The notes under the pieces were generated by a model. It did not search any database, had not been told where the DNA came from, and saw only the letters and a list, made by a program, of their open reading frames with translations. A stretch of DNA of 64,000 nt from the NCBI GenBank assembly GCA_028867755.1, contig JAGWFT010000001.1, positions 1,060,727-1,124,726 of the forward strand, in the 5' to 3' direction. Positions 10,213-20,807 of this stretch are shown here, piece after piece. How positions within the stretch are numbered: the stretch's first letter is position 1; the number at the start of each line of letters is the position of its first letter. This DNA comes from Nitrososphaerota archaeon (GTDB lineage: Archaea; Thermoproteota; Nitrososphaeria; Nitrososphaerales; Nitrosopumilaceae). Both the position numbers and the translations under genes were made by a program.

Positions 10213-11622
10213 TCAGGACGATAACAGTCTCTTTCTTATCAATTCAAGTGTGGTGCCAGGACTTGCTTTTCCCTTTGTCTTTTTCATGACCTTGCCTACG
10301 ATATAGTTTACTGTATCAGGATTCTGCTTTGCCTCTAATACTGCCTTTTCCTCTTCTTTGAATACTTCATCTATTATTTTTTCAAGAGATGATACATCAC
10401 TTACATTGCCCAAGTCAAGACTTGATTTTACATCAGACAAGGATTTTCCTGTCTTTACCATCTCTTGGAGTGCAATCTTGCCAGAGTTTCTTGTTATAGT
10501 GCCATTCAAAATTGCATCTGCCAAATCGGATATATGTTTTGGAGTTATTTTCAGATCCAGTTTCTTTTCCCTAGTATCTGCAAAACCCATCAAGTCTGTT
10601 GTTATTATATTTGCTATTTCTTTTGCGTTAGTATCAGTATGGGCATTTTCAAATAAATCAGAATAAAACTTGTCTGATGATAGAACATCTGCAACTTGTG
10701 GCGGAATGCCATATTTTTGTGCATAGCGTTCCTTTTTAGCAATGATGCTTTCAGGCATGTTTTCTTTGAGTGCAGCAATTTTGTTTTGTGCTATCTGTAT
10801 TATTGGAATATCGGCTTCAGGAAGATAACGATAGTCTTGTTCTTCCTCTTTTGACCTTGATGAAACTGTGATCTTTCTTGCTTCATCCCAATGCCTTGTT
10901 TCTGCTACCACAGGTATGTTTCTTTCAACCAAGCTTTGTTGTCTTGTTATTTCAAAATGCAGTGCTTTTTCTATATCGCGAAATGACCCTACGTTTTTTA
11001 TCTCAACCCTATTTGCTTTTTCAACAGATATGTTACCATCTACTCTCATGGCACCCTCAAGATACGGATCTGAAACACCAAGATTTTCTACCAAATCTGC
11101 AAGAACGTTAAGAAAGATACGAACTTGTTTTGGGTTTTCAAAGTCGGGTTCTGTCACTATCTCCACTAGTGGCGCTCCTGCCCTGTTATAATCAACAAGC
11201 GTAATCTGCGTTTTCTCCGAGCTTCCCTCATACACCAGCCTGCCAGGGTCTTCTTCTAGCTGTATCCTCCTTATCCTGATTTTTTTTTCTTCTATCTGTA
11301 CTACACCGTCTGAGCCTATGCTTGTTGGCCCGTATGCGTTGTATTGAGTGATTTGAAAGCCCTTTGGAAGATCAGGATAAAAATAATTTTTTCTAAAAAA
11401 GCTTATCTGCTCTGGGATTTTGCATCCAAGGGCAAGTGAGATCATTGTGGCTTTCTCTACTGCTTTTTTGTTAAGTATCGGCAATGAGCCTGGAAGACCA
11501 ATGCAGACAGGGCAGATGTTTGAATTTGGCGACAGGTTTCTGTAATCTGCCTTGCAACTGCAGAACAGCTTGCTTTCAAGCTTTGTTAGTTGACAATGTA
11601 TTTCAAGCCCTATCTTTGTCAA
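10213..11622 (-). CDS. gatB: Asp/Glu-tRNA amidotransferase subunit B
   Basis: IGLEIHCQL, RKNYFYPDLPKGFQITQY, DYNRAGAPLVEIVTEPD, DYRYLPEADIP. Confidence 0.96.
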   Translation of the reverse strand: MTKIGLEIHCQLTKLESKLFCSCKADYRNLSPNSNICPVCIGLPGSLPILNKKAVEKATMISLALGCKIPEQISFFRKNYFYPDLPKGFQITQYNAYGPTSIGSDGVVQIEEKKIRIRRIQLEEDPGRLVYEGSSEKTQITLVDYNRAGAPLVEIVTEPDFENPKQVRIFLNVLADLVENLGVSDPYLEGAMRVDGNISVEKANRVEIKNVGSFRDIEKALHFEITRQQSLVERNIPVVAETRHWDEARKITVSSRSKEEEQDYRYLPEADIPIIQIAQNKIAALKENMPESIIAKKERYAQKYGIPPQVADVLSSDKFYSDLFENAHTDTNAKEIANIITTDLMGFADTREKKLDLKITPKHISDLADAILNGTITRNSGKIALQEMVKTGKSLSDVKSSLDLGNVSDVSSLEKIIDEVFKEEEKAVLEAKQNPDTVNYIVGKVMKKTKGKASPGTTLELIRKRLLSS

Positions 11623-13070
11623 ACTGGCACCTCCGGAAGATGTGTTGTCTGTTGTAATGCATATGCTGCCTGCAACAAATTCTTGTCTTGAAATGAATTT
11701 GCAAAAATTTGGATTCCTATTGGAAGCCCAGAACTAGAGATTGCAAATGGCACAGAAATGGCTGGAATCCCAGTCAAGTTAGCCATGATGGTGTTAGCAT
11801 CAAGCAAATAAAGCGTCAGAGGATCATCTATTTTTTCTCCAATTTTGAAAGGCAGTATTGGCATGGTTGGTGCAACAAGAAAATCAACTTTTTTGAATGC
11901 ATCGTCAATTTGAGATTTCATCATTGCCCTCACCTTTTGGGCTTTTAGGTAATACTTGCCGTAATATCCTGCAGATAGCACAAATGCACCAAGCAACATC
12001 CTACGTGTTACCTCTGGCCCAAAATTACTTCTCACTTTTGACACGTATGCCTTGAACTCATAGCCTTCGGTGCCAAGATCAAATCCGTATCTCAAATTGT
12101 CGTATCTTGAGAGATTACTACTTGCTTCTGCTGACGCAATGGTATAATACGCTGCTACAGAGTGCTCTACTGAATCAAGTGATATTGGAATACACTCAGC
12201 CTCAAGATCTTGAAATTTTGATACAGCTGCGTTTGTTGCAGAGGATACCTCCTTGTCTACCCCATCCCCTGTCATTTGGGATACAAGGCCAATTTTTTTT
12301 CCTTTCACCCCAGCATTCAAATCTTGAAGGTAGTCTACTCTTCCTTTTTCCACGGTGGTATCATCGTGTGAGTCATGGCCTGAGATTGTATTCATGATCA
12401 AGGCAATATCTTCAACTTTTCTTGCAACTGGTCCTATCTGCTCTATACTGTTAGCATAAGAAACAAGACCGTATCGGCTCACAAGACCATAAGTTGGTTT
12501 TAGTCCCACCACAGAACAAAAACTCGCAGGACTTCGGACTGAACCACCAGTATCAGAACCAAGCGATGCAACGCATTCAAGAGCGCTAACAGATACACCA
12601 CTTCCGCCTGATGATCCTCCTGGCACATATTCCACGTTCCAAGGATTTCTGCTCGGTCCAAAGCAGCTAAATTCTGTAGTGGAGCCCATAGCAAATTCAT
12701 CAAGGTTTACTTTTCCAATTATTATTGCATCATCTTGCTTGAGTCTTGATACTACGGTTGCGTCATATGGTGCAATAAAATTCTCTAGCATTTTTGACGC
12801 GCATGTAGTTCTAATGCCCGAAGTGCAAATATTGTCTTTAATTGATATTGGCATGCCAAAAAGCGCGCCGATTCTTTCTTTTGCTTTTATTTTTTTATCA
12901 ATGATTCTTGCTTGGTTTAGGGCATTTTGTTCATCGATTGTAATGTAGGCATGGACTTTGCCTTCAACTGTACGAATACGATCTAGTGTCTTTGCGATAA
13001 ATTCTTCAGCAGATATTTGGCCGTTACGTATCTGTGACACATACTCTGTTGCGGAAATTCCAAGATTCAT
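11619..13070 (-). CDS. gatA: Amidotransferase subunit A
   Basis: Amidase signature GGSSGGS, LGSDTGGSVRSPA; overlaps gatB start. Confidence 0.96.
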   Translation of the reverse strand: MNLGISATEYVSQIRNGQISAEEFIAKTLDRIRTVEGKVHAYITIDEQNALNQARIIDKKIKAKERIGALFGMPISIKDNICTSGIRTTCASKMLENFIAPYDATVVSRLKQDDAIIIGKVNLDEFAMGSTTEFSCFGPSRNPWNVEYVPGGSSGGSGVSVSALECVASLGSDTGGSVRSPASFCSVVGLKPTYGLVSRYGLVSYANSIEQIGPVARKVEDIALIMNTISGHDSHDDTTVEKGRVDYLQDLNAGVKGKKIGLVSQMTGDGVDKEVSSATNAAVSKFQDLEAECIPISLDSVEHSVAAYYTIASAEASSNLSRYDNLRYGFDLGTEGYEFKAYVSKVRSNFGPEVTRRMLLGAFVLSAGYYGKYYLKAQKVRAMMKSQIDDAFKKVDFLVAPTMPILPFKIGEKIDDPLTLYLLDANTIMANLTGIPAISVPFAISSSGLPIGIQIFANSFQDKNLLQAAYALQQTTHLPEVPV

Positions 13071-13346
13071 TCAGATCATCTTGGGAGCCCGAACAAAACT
13101 ATTTTGGTCTCTCTTCAATTTACTGATGAGCGACATGCCATCAGTCATAAATGGCTCATGTTTGTCTTCTCTTAGACTCTCATACGGTATCTCTTTTCTG
13201 AGCGTTTTGTCAGAATCATACTCTACTTTATCTAAATTGTTAAAATAATTTAAAATTTGATCAACTTGATGAATATATTTTTCTGGATCTTGTAATTCAA
13301 CTTTGACCAAATCGCCAAGATGTTCGATTTCTTTTCTATCTACCAT
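13071..13346 (-). CDS. gatC: Amidotransferase subunit C
   Basis: 91 aa, QILNYF..LD, LREDK, FVRAPKM; directly upstream of gatA. Confidence 0.9.
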   Translation of the reverse strand: MVDRKEIEHLGDLVKVELQDPEKYIHQVDQILNYFNNLDKVEYDSDKTLRKEIPYESLREDKHEPFMTDGMSLISKLKRDQNSFVRAPKMI

Positions 13347-13355
13347 TTTAATTCA

Positions 13356-14666
13356 CTACGGTGTAAGTCTATCAACGTCTCTTGGATAAAATGTGGTATC
13401 CCTTATGTTTTCCGTGCCAGTTAGAGCCATCATCAGACGTTCTAAACCTATACCGCAACCAGCATGTGGAGGAACTCCATAGTCAAAGACCTTGAGATGG
13501 TAATCAAATGCATCAAGCTTAAAGCCTTTGTTCTTCATCCTTTCTTCAAGTTCGTTTCTTTTCTCAATTCTTGTACTGCCAGAAGACAATTCAAGATCAC
13601 CGAACATCAAATCAAATGATTCTGAAATTTTTGGATCATCTTTTTTTGCTTTGACATAAAATGGCTTTGGGGCAAGCGGCCAATCTTTAACAAAATAAAA
13701 CCCTGTTACGTCTATTTTTCTTAGTTGCGAGGGGTAAAGATCGTCTCCCCATTCAATTTTTGCCCCAACATTTTTCATTTTATCAACAAGTTCAGAATAC
13801 GAGTATTGAGGTATAGTACTTGGAACTTCGGGCACCTGATACTCAAATCCTGTGAGTGTGGCGACATAATCTTTTACTACTTTAATTGACTTTATTATGA
13901 TATTTTCAATATGCTTCATTATGTCATTATAATCTACAAATGCCTCTTCAAGATCTATTGAGATTGCTTCTGACAAATGCCTGTTGGTTCTAGACGGTTC
14001 TGCCCTAAATATTGGTGCAATCTCAAAAACTTTTTCAAATCCTAATGTCAATTGTTCTTTGTAAAGCTGTGGGCTCTGAGCAAGAAATGCTTCCTTATTA
14101 TAATAAAATATTGGAAATAATGCAGCGCCTCCCTCGGTTGCAGTAGCAATCATCTTTGGAGTATTAACTTCAAGAAAACTCTTGTCATAAAGATATTCTC
14201 TAATGGATTTTAGAACAAGGCTTCTCATTTTGAATACATGTTGTAATACATTTCGTCTCAAGTCTATTGCACGAATCTCAAGCCTAGTGTCGATGTTTGC
14301 GACAGTTTTTGTCTGCCAAGTAAACGGTGCAATTTTTTCTACACTTGAAAATATTTTCATTTCAGATGGAATTATTTCAGCACCATGCGGAGCCTTGTTT
14401 GATGGTTTAACAATTCCTTTCACTGCTATGGTTGATTGTTCTTTTATTTTTCCAAGTGCATTTTTTATATCATCTGAACAAACTCCAGATTTTGCCGTAA
14501 TTTGCATTTCTCCATCTTTGTCATTTAACATAACAAACACCAAATTTCCATGGTCACGCACACTTGATACCCACCCCATAACCGTTACTTCTTTTCCTTC
14601 AAGAGATGGATTGATTTCATTAGAATATGTAGTTCTTCGCCAATTTCCAAGTTCTGTATCTATCAT
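13356..14666 (-). CDS. aspS: Aspartate--tRNA(Asp/Asn) ligase, probably non-discriminating (start ATG 14666 preferred over track start 14771)
   Basis: WRRTTYS, OB-fold GWVSSVRDHG, L1 loop KAPHG with Pro, LAQSPQLYKE, FRAE, PPHAGCGIGLER, YPRD; operonic with gatCAB. Confidence 0.93.
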   Translation of the reverse strand: MIDTELGNWRRTTYSNEINPSLEGKEVTVMGWVSSVRDHGNLVFVMLNDKDGEMQITAKSGVCSDDIKNALGKIKEQSTIAVKGIVKPSNKAPHGAEIIPSEMKIFSSVEKIAPFTWQTKTVANIDTRLEIRAIDLRRNVLQHVFKMRSLVLKSIREYLYDKSFLEVNTPKMIATATEGGAALFPIFYYNKEAFLAQSPQLYKEQLTLGFEKVFEIAPIFRAEPSRTNRHLSEAISIDLEEAFVDYNDIMKHIENIIIKSIKVVKDYVATLTGFEYQVPEVPSTIPQYSYSELVDKMKNVGAKIEWGDDLYPSQLRKIDVTGFYFVKDWPLAPKPFYVKAKKDDPKISESFDLMFGDLELSSGSTRIEKRNELEERMKNKGFKLDAFDYHLKVFDYGVPPHAGCGIGLERLMMALTGTENIRDTTFYPRDVDRLTP

Positions 14667-14991
14667 TCTTTTCACCAAATGTGCTCTTGTTAGTGTTAAT
14701 TTATGTATCGAGTGGTTCGAATAATTCTCTAAATCTTGGCGGATGTACAAAATATCAACCAAGAAGATCAAGACGAGCCAACTTGTGATTTAAAATATAT
14801 TTTTCCACTATTGGCGTTGACCAAATGTTGCTCATCACTCTATATCATAATTTAGTAATATATGAAAAATTTCATAAAATTTGAAATAATCGATGCAATT
14901 ATTTCCATAAAATGGAGTAATTCACCAAAAAGTTATAATCTAGCATGTTATTTCCCATATATGGAGAATAAGTGTTTGTTTATCGATATTT

Positions 14992-15930
14992 TTGCACATG
15001 AAAAGAGGTTTAAGACAAATGTGGGTATTTGAGTCACCTGCACTTTCAAGCCCATTAAGAAATTACATATCACTATTTGTATCGTTAGCTAAATCCCGAA
15101 GTCTGGTCTATGGATTTGTCATAGCAACTCTTGGCACATTCCTAATTGCGACGTCTGCACACGCAATTAATTTTTCAGTAGCAATAAGATTACTTGTTTC
15201 AGTATATGCAATAGCACTTGCAACTTATGTCTACAATGATCTTACGGATCAAGAAATTGACCACAGAAATGAGAAGAAAAAGTCAAGTGGGATTCAGCAA
15301 GATCAATATCTGCAAACTAGAAATTATGTGGTTTTCTTCTTTGCCCTTTCCAACATACTAGCATTCTCAATAAACTGGCAAACAGGTTTAGCTGATTCAT
15401 TAGCTGTCGCATTGGCAATTGTCTATTCACATCCAAAAACCCATTTGAAAGACAAATTCATTTTAAAAACTGTAATTACTGGCAGTGGAGGATTCATTGC
15501 ATCTATCATGGGATCCCTAGCTGTAGGAAATGTCCCCCCGCTTGCATTTGTAGCATCATTTACAGTGTTCCTTTTCTATTTCTTGTTAGGTCCACTTGGG
15601 GATATTACAGATATGAAAGGAGATAAAGAGGCTGGAAGAAGAACAATACCCATAGTCATTGGGATACCAAAGAGTTTCTTTTTGATGACATCTGTAGTAT
15701 TGTTTATTGCTAGCATGATTGTCGCATCTTACTTTATATTCGGATTGAACATAATATCAATGGTCATAGGATTAACAATTTGTTCTTATGCAATAATACA
15801 AATAAAAACTACATCAAAGATCTTTTTCAATAAAGAAAAAATGAATAAGACTAGAACAATTCTACGATTTAGTTTCTTTGGCATACAACTTGCTCTAATG
15901 AGCGGGGCGTTGTTAAGCTCAGTAATTTAA
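14992..15930 (+). CDS. UbiA-family prenyltransferase (start uncertain)
   Basis: Asp-rich motifs YNDLTDQEID and DITDMKGD, GRRTIP, multiple TM helices. Confidence 0.85.
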   Translation: MHMKRGLRQMWVFESPALSSPLRNYISLFVSLAKSRSLVYGFVIATLGTFLIATSAHAINFSVAIRLLVSVYAIALATYVYNDLTDQEIDHRNEKKKSSGIQQDQYLQTRNYVVFFFALSNILAFSINWQTGLADSLAVALAIVYSHPKTHLKDKFILKTVITGSGGFIASIMGSLAVGNVPPLAFVASFTVFLFYFLLGPLGDITDMKGDKEAGRRTIPIVIGIPKSFFLMTSVVLFIASMIVASYFIFGLNIISMVIGLTICSYAIIQIKTTSKIFFNKEKMNKTRTILRFSFFGIQLALMSGALLSSVI

Positions 15931-15933
15931 CAA

Positions 15934-16902
15934 TTATTGTGTTTTTTTGACTAATTGAGGAGGATTTGGTGATGCGGTTTGCCATAGGCCATCAAAAACA
16001 TGTTTCATCTGCTTTGCCACGCTAGAATTATTAGCATAAATCGACAAACTGAACTTGTCAGGATTATGTTTATCTATAATCTCGATGCCGACATGAGAAT
16101 CATCAATAATAATTAGACTAAATGGGACGTTACTATATTTCCTTTCAATCTTTAGAGGATAAAATGGATTAGCTACCACTTGGTTTCTCTCGTTTGTATT
16201 TTTATCTGAGACCATCATCTTGCTTGCTTCTTGAGAGATATATCCACCCACAGTGTTTATGTCGCCTAGTGCTTTAACTTTGGTTCCCATATTTGCTTTT
16301 TTCAACATTGAGTTTATGATGAGTTCGTTTGGATATCTACTCATGAGTATAATCTCTTTTTGAGCTAATTCTATGATCTCTATTGCTTTTGTAACCATAT
16401 CATCATAACTTGAAATGATTTTTAGCGACATTGATTCATTTTTTACTGGATTATCATCAAATCCAATTTTTGTTAGGAAACTAGATATTTCCTTAGAGTC
16501 AAACTTTGAGCTCTTCTTCAACAAATCAATCATTTCTAATTCTTTGATATTTTCTACATTATCGAGAAGACCTACAACATGTTTGTTATAGATAATGGTT
16601 CCAAAACTAGTGTGAGTGTAAGTATTTTCTTTCTTAACCATCAAGCCAAGCTCACAGAGCTGTTTTAGTCTAGTGTAGTATTGTTTCTTGGTAAGACCTA
16701 TTTTTTGAGGTGTATCTAACTCAGATCTAAAACCAGTTTTTGCTAATACGAAAATTTCCAGCGCATCCAATTTTGATAATACTGAGAGTACATCTTCCAT
16801 TCGCTTGAGTGTACTGGTGTTTTTTACTGACAGAATTGAGCCTATTTTCTCATAGCTTGGATCTGTTCCAACTAACGCTGGAGAAGACTTGCGGTTTGCC
16901 AA
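15934..16902 (-). CDS. Putative TrmB-like regulator (N-terminal winged HTH plus C-terminal PLD-like effector domain)
   Basis: LTKKQYYTRLKQLCELGLM HTH; AIEIIELAQKEIILMS and FSLIIIDDSHVGI resemble the TrmB effector domain. Confidence 0.6.
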   Translation of the reverse strand: MANRKSSPALVGTDPSYEKIGSILSVKNTSTLKRMEDVLSVLSKLDALEIFVLAKTGFRSELDTPQKIGLTKKQYYTRLKQLCELGLMVKKENTYTHTSFGTIIYNKHVVGLLDNVENIKELEMIDLLKKSSKFDSKEISSFLTKIGFDDNPVKNESMSLKIISSYDDMVTKAIEIIELAQKEIILMSRYPNELIINSMLKKANMGTKVKALGDINTVGGYISQEASKMMVSDKNTNERNQVVANPFYPLKIERKYSNVPFSLIIIDDSHVGIEIIDKHNPDKFSLSIYANNSSVAKQMKHVFDGLWQTASPNPPQLVKKTQ

Positions 16903-17006
16903 TGAGTTTTTGTAATATTATACCCATACTTATCTATTTTGAGAGAATAAGGTAGAATTTTCGCCTATATGGCTATAATATAACATAATTTCTACATCTC
17001 CATGCT

Positions 17007-17022
17007 ACGCATAAAAATGCGT
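17007..17022. promoter_or_regulatory. Perfect palindrome in the divergent promoter region
   Basis: ACGCAT-AAAA-ATGCGT. Confidence 0.4.
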
Positions 17023-17192
17023 CATCCCTAATAGGATAACAGCAAATATCGCTTTACATGTGACCACATTTAATATTTAAAGCAAAAAGAACTGTAGTCA
17101 AGTCATTCATTTCATAAAACTATACCAAAGATTGGGGTTTACCAGTCATCAGATCATAAAACTAAAATTAAAATTTCAAAAGCCAAACATCT

Positions 17193-17408
17193 ATGGTTTT
17201 AACAACACGTGAAAAATGTATAATCGCAATATCACATGCGATGATTCTCTATTCAGCCAGTATGAGAAATGAGGAAAATCCTGGACACAAGTCTGTAATA
17301 GATTTCATATTAAAGAACATACCCCAGGAATTAAAATCAGAGGTATCAATGGAATTAATAGATGACATATTCGAATTTATTTCGAATTCTAAGATGGAAC
17401 TTTCATAA
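17193..17408 (+). CDS. Small hypothetical protein upstream of purP
   Basis: 71-aa ORF with ATG, 25 nt before purP on the same strand. Confidence 0.65.
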   Translation: MVLTTREKCIIAISHAMILYSASMRNEENPGHKSVIDFILKNIPQELKSEVSMELIDDIFEFISNSKMELS

Positions 17409-17433
17409 ATACCCATCATTATAGAAACATCAT

Positions 17434-18462
17434 ATGACTTCTATTGCGACTCTTGGGTCTCATTGTTCATTACAAGTGTTAAAGGGTGCAAAAGATGAAG
17501 GTTTTAGAACTGTCCTAGTTTGTGAAAAAAAACGAGAACGACTGTATCGTCGTTTTTCCTTTATTGATGAGTTAATCCTAGTAGACACTTTTAACGAGAT
17601 ATTAGATCAGCACTGCTCTTCACAACTTGTTGAAAAAGATTCTATTATGATTCCACATGGAACATTGATTTCACAAATGACTTCATCTGAAATAGAATCA
17701 ATAAAAATTCCAATTTTTGGTAACAAGTGGATTCTAAGATGGGAATCAGATAGGAAGATGAAAGAAAAACTCATGATAGAAGCAAAACTCCATGTTCCAA
17801 AATCAATTTCCAGTCCTAAAGAAATCAATGGATTGTGCATAGCAAAGAGACATGGAGCTGCAGGCGGCAAGGGATATTTTTTAACAACAAGCAAAAAAGA
17901 TTATGAAAAAAAGAGAGACATGTTGATTTCAGATGGTCTGATTAAAGGTGACAGTGACCTGTATCTTCAAGAATATGCTTATGGGGTTTCAGCATACTTG
18001 CAGTATTTTCATTCTGCCATAAATGAACAGCTGGAATTTTTTGGAGTTGATCGTAGATATGAATCAGATATTGATGGTCTTGGTCGCATTCCTGCACTAC
18101 AACAGATGGAAATCAATAAAATTCCGTCATTTAACGTGGTAGGAAATAGCCCATTGGTGCTAAGAGAATCTCTTTTAGACGAGGTTTATGCGATGGGTGA
18201 AAGATTCGTAACTTCAGCAAAGGAATTGGTTTCACACGGTGGCATGATTGGCCCATTTTGTCTAGAAGGAGTGTATGATGACAATGGCAAGTTTACTTCT
18301 TTTGAATTTTCAGCTAGAATAGTGGCAGGAACTAATCTCTACATAGATGGGTCACCATATTCAAGCCTAACTTATGGCGAACCAATGAGTATGGGAAAGA
18401 GAATAGCCAAAGAGATTAAAGATGCAAAAAAGAAAGACCAATTACAAAAAATAATTACTTGA
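17434..18462 (+). CDS. purP: 5-formaminoimidazole-4-carboxamide ribonucleotide synthetase (PurP family, ATP-grasp)
   Basis: IATLGSHCSLQVLKGAKDEGF, IPHGT, GAAGGKGYF, DRRYESDIDG, FEFSARIVAGTN. Confidence 0.92.
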   Translation: MTSIATLGSHCSLQVLKGAKDEGFRTVLVCEKKRERLYRRFSFIDELILVDTFNEILDQHCSSQLVEKDSIMIPHGTLISQMTSSEIESIKIPIFGNKWILRWESDRKMKEKLMIEAKLHVPKSISSPKEINGLCIAKRHGAAGGKGYFLTTSKKDYEKKRDMLISDGLIKGDSDLYLQEYAYGVSAYLQYFHSAINEQLEFFGVDRRYESDIDGLGRIPALQQMEINKIPSFNVVGNSPLVLRESLLDEVYAMGERFVTSAKELVSHGGMIGPFCLEGVYDDNGKFTSFEFSARIVAGTNLYIDGSPYSSLTYGEPMSMGKRIAKEIKDAKKKDQLQKIIT

Positions 18463-18508
18463 TTCCTTTAACTCCAAGTTCAACGTCAATAAAAAATTAC
18501 TAAAGTAA

Positions 18509-19894
18509 TCATCCCATAGTTAATGTTGCAGTATGAAATTTTACTATAATACTATATGTTCTATCATTATAGGTAGCTGTAAATGATTTGTCTCTAGGTG
18601 CGTTATTTTTTATTATTATGTCAGCTATGCCTCCAGTATCATAATCAGAAAATATTCCTGCATTAGGTACAAGCTCATGAATAGTGAGTGGAACAGATAA
18701 TGAATTAATGGATTCTGTACGCTTTAGCCCGCGGCTGTCAGAAAATAATGTTTGGATTCCATTGCTTTGTTGGTTTGCTACAACTACTCCTTGCGGATTA
18801 GGATTTTCAGTCAATCTGCCATTATGGTTAAACATGAAGGTTGTCAGATTACCAATAAGATTCTGCATTGCAAGGGTTCCGTCTGCATCAGGTTTGCCAT
18901 CATTTCCAAATGCCATATAATATAATGTGTTGTTAGTAATTGAAGCCCCCCAAGTCCAAGAATCTTCTGAAGTAGGATCAATGTTGAGCTGTGGATCAAG
19001 CAGATCCCCTTGAACTTGAGAACCTTGAGGAAAGTCAGGCCTATCTGCAAAGACGTGAATCAAATTAGTTGGGATTCTGTCAAAAGTTAGATTAACTATT
19101 TGATCTCCTCCAGCGTTTTGATAATCAACTGTTACAGGAGTTGGAATTGCTGAAAAATCATACAATTGTATAATTGGCCAAACATTTTCATAAGTGGTAC
19201 CTGCTGCAAATCCATTTACATTTGTGTTTAAAGTCTTATTCTCCCGTATTACATGCTCCATTTGATTTGTGGTCAGTGTTCCCTGCACATTTGTACATAC
19301 GGGTAAATTGGATGGAGTGATTTTGGCTCCACCGTTATTAGTGTCATTAATCGAGCCATATCCACCCCTAGCAATTGTAAACCCAGTAGTATCAGAATAA
19401 TCGACTCCAGAGTGAGGTGAGAAGGAACTACCAGGATTACAAAAACCGCCAAAATCCAACCCTTTACCAGAAAGTACTGCAGTGTTAGCAGCTGCAATTG
19501 CCTGATTTCTATCGGCAAAATAACCATACCAGTTACCATCAGTACCTTGTGCCAGCCTCAGCCTTTTACCATTTACAGTTACTACAGGTTCTCCATAAGA
19601 TTGATCTAATCGCTGTATATTTGGATCAGACACTATAACTTCTATTACCATGGGTCCAGCAAAATAATTTTTGAATAACGGATTTTCTGCAGAAACATAC
19701 AGATTTGGATTAGACGATACGTGTTGAACTGGTTCATATTTTGGAAGTAATCCTTCCATGGCATGTACTGGTTTTATTGTAGTTGGTAAAAGAACAATAA
19801 AACTAGATACAAGTATCAAAAGAATAAACAGAAAAATCTCCCCTGTGCTTAATGGTTTAAAAATCAACCCATTATCCCGGACAAAACCAAGCAT
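18509..19894 (-). CDS. Exported protein homologous to the N-terminal part of the thaumarchaeal S-layer protein
   Basis: Signal/TM segment, then NLYVSAENPLFKNYFAGPMVIEVIVSDPNI...GEPVVTVNGKRLRLAQGTDGNWYGYFAD and DPQLNIDPTSEDSWTW, recalled as S-layer N-terminal motifs; ends at 461 aa. Confidence 0.7.
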   Translation of the reverse strand: MLGFVRDNGLIFKPLSTGEIFLFILLILVSSFIVLLPTTIKPVHAMEGLLPKYEPVQHVSSNPNLYVSAENPLFKNYFAGPMVIEVIVSDPNIQRLDQSYGEPVVTVNGKRLRLAQGTDGNWYGYFADRNQAIAAANTAVLSGKGLDFGGFCNPGSSFSPHSGVDYSDTTGFTIARGGYGSINDTNNGGAKITPSNLPVCTNVQGTLTTNQMEHVIRENKTLNTNVNGFAAGTTYENVWPIIQLYDFSAIPTPVTVDYQNAGGDQIVNLTFDRIPTNLIHVFADRPDFPQGSQVQGDLLDPQLNIDPTSEDSWTWGASITNNTLYYMAFGNDGKPDADGTLAMQNLIGNLTTFMFNHNGRLTENPNPQGVVVANQQSNGIQTLFSDSRGLKRTESINSLSVPLTIHELVPNAGIFSDYDTGGIADIIIKNNAPRDKSFTATYNDRTYSIIVKFHTATLTMG

Positions 19895-19954
19895 TTAATC
19901 TTATAGCTAATAAAATGTATACTTGTACGTATTTTTCATTTCCTAAAACTAAAA

Positions 19955-20800
19955 TTATGCTCCGCCCATTGTAACTATAAGATCAGTGATAAATCCTGCA
20001 CAGACACCAACAAAGATGCCAAGCATTATGACATTATTTGTGGTCTGTTTTCTTCCTGAATTATACATCAGCATCGAGACATAAATCAGTGCACCTCCAG
20101 CAATTGACAAAAATAGAATGTAAGCGACATTTGAGAATATTAAACTTCCAAGTACTGTTCCAAGAAATGTCGGGCCACCACCTATGAGGCCTGCCAATAA
20201 CAAAAATCTGACAGTTGGTTTTTTTAACACCCCAGTGAGAGGACCTGCGATTCCAAATCCTTCAGTAGTATTATGAGCACCAAATCCAATTATTAGTAGA
20301 ATAGCTAGCCCTATTTCGCCTGCAGCATATGATTGTCCGATGGCCAGACCCTCACTAAAGTTATGAGCACCGATTCCTACAGCAATCATCATAGCTAGTC
20401 GATATGCATTTGTATCGTGAAGTGTTTGACGTAGATGATCATCTCCTTTTTGGATATTTTCAAGTGAAAGAATCTGTGGTACATTTTTTGTCATGGTCTT
20501 GTGTTCAAACCATGTAAGTCCAAGTAATCCAATTGCAATACCACCAAAAAATACTAAAAGATCAATGACAGCACCGCCAAATGGTGCTTTACCTGAGAAT
20601 GCACCAATCACAGCATCAGATTCAGATTCGTAACTATGACTGAACACATCAATTATGAGAAATACTAGAATGCCTAACGCAACTGCATTGAGGAACCCCT
20701 TCTTTTTTGTGCTCAAGTTCTTCATTACTGCAAGTGGCAAGCCCAAAAAAATTGTAAAGCCTGCAATTGCTCCCAACATAATTAGCTGCCAGTAATCCAT
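19955..20800 (-). CDS. ZIP-family divalent metal transporter
   Basis: IGAHNFSEGLAIG and GAHNTTEGFGI (ZIP TM4/TM5), AGGALIYV. Confidence 0.9.
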   Translation of the reverse strand: MDYWQLIMLGAIAGFTIFLGLPLAVMKNLSTKKKGFLNAVALGILVFLIIDVFSHSYESESDAVIGAFSGKAPFGGAVIDLLVFFGGIAIGLLGLTWFEHKTMTKNVPQILSLENIQKGDDHLRQTLHDTNAYRLAMMIAVGIGAHNFSEGLAIGQSYAAGEIGLAILLIIGFGAHNTTEGFGIAGPLTGVLKKPTVRFLLLAGLIGGGPTFLGTVLGSLIFSNVAYILFLSIAGGALIYVSMLMYNSGRKQTTNNVIMLGIFVGVCAGFITDLIVTMGGA

Positions 20801-20807
20801 TCAACCG

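Noticed and set aside
14667-14771. 35-aa N-terminal extension of aspS in the ORF track
   Set aside because: AspRS homology begins at MIDTELGNWRRT; the extension covers the promoter region
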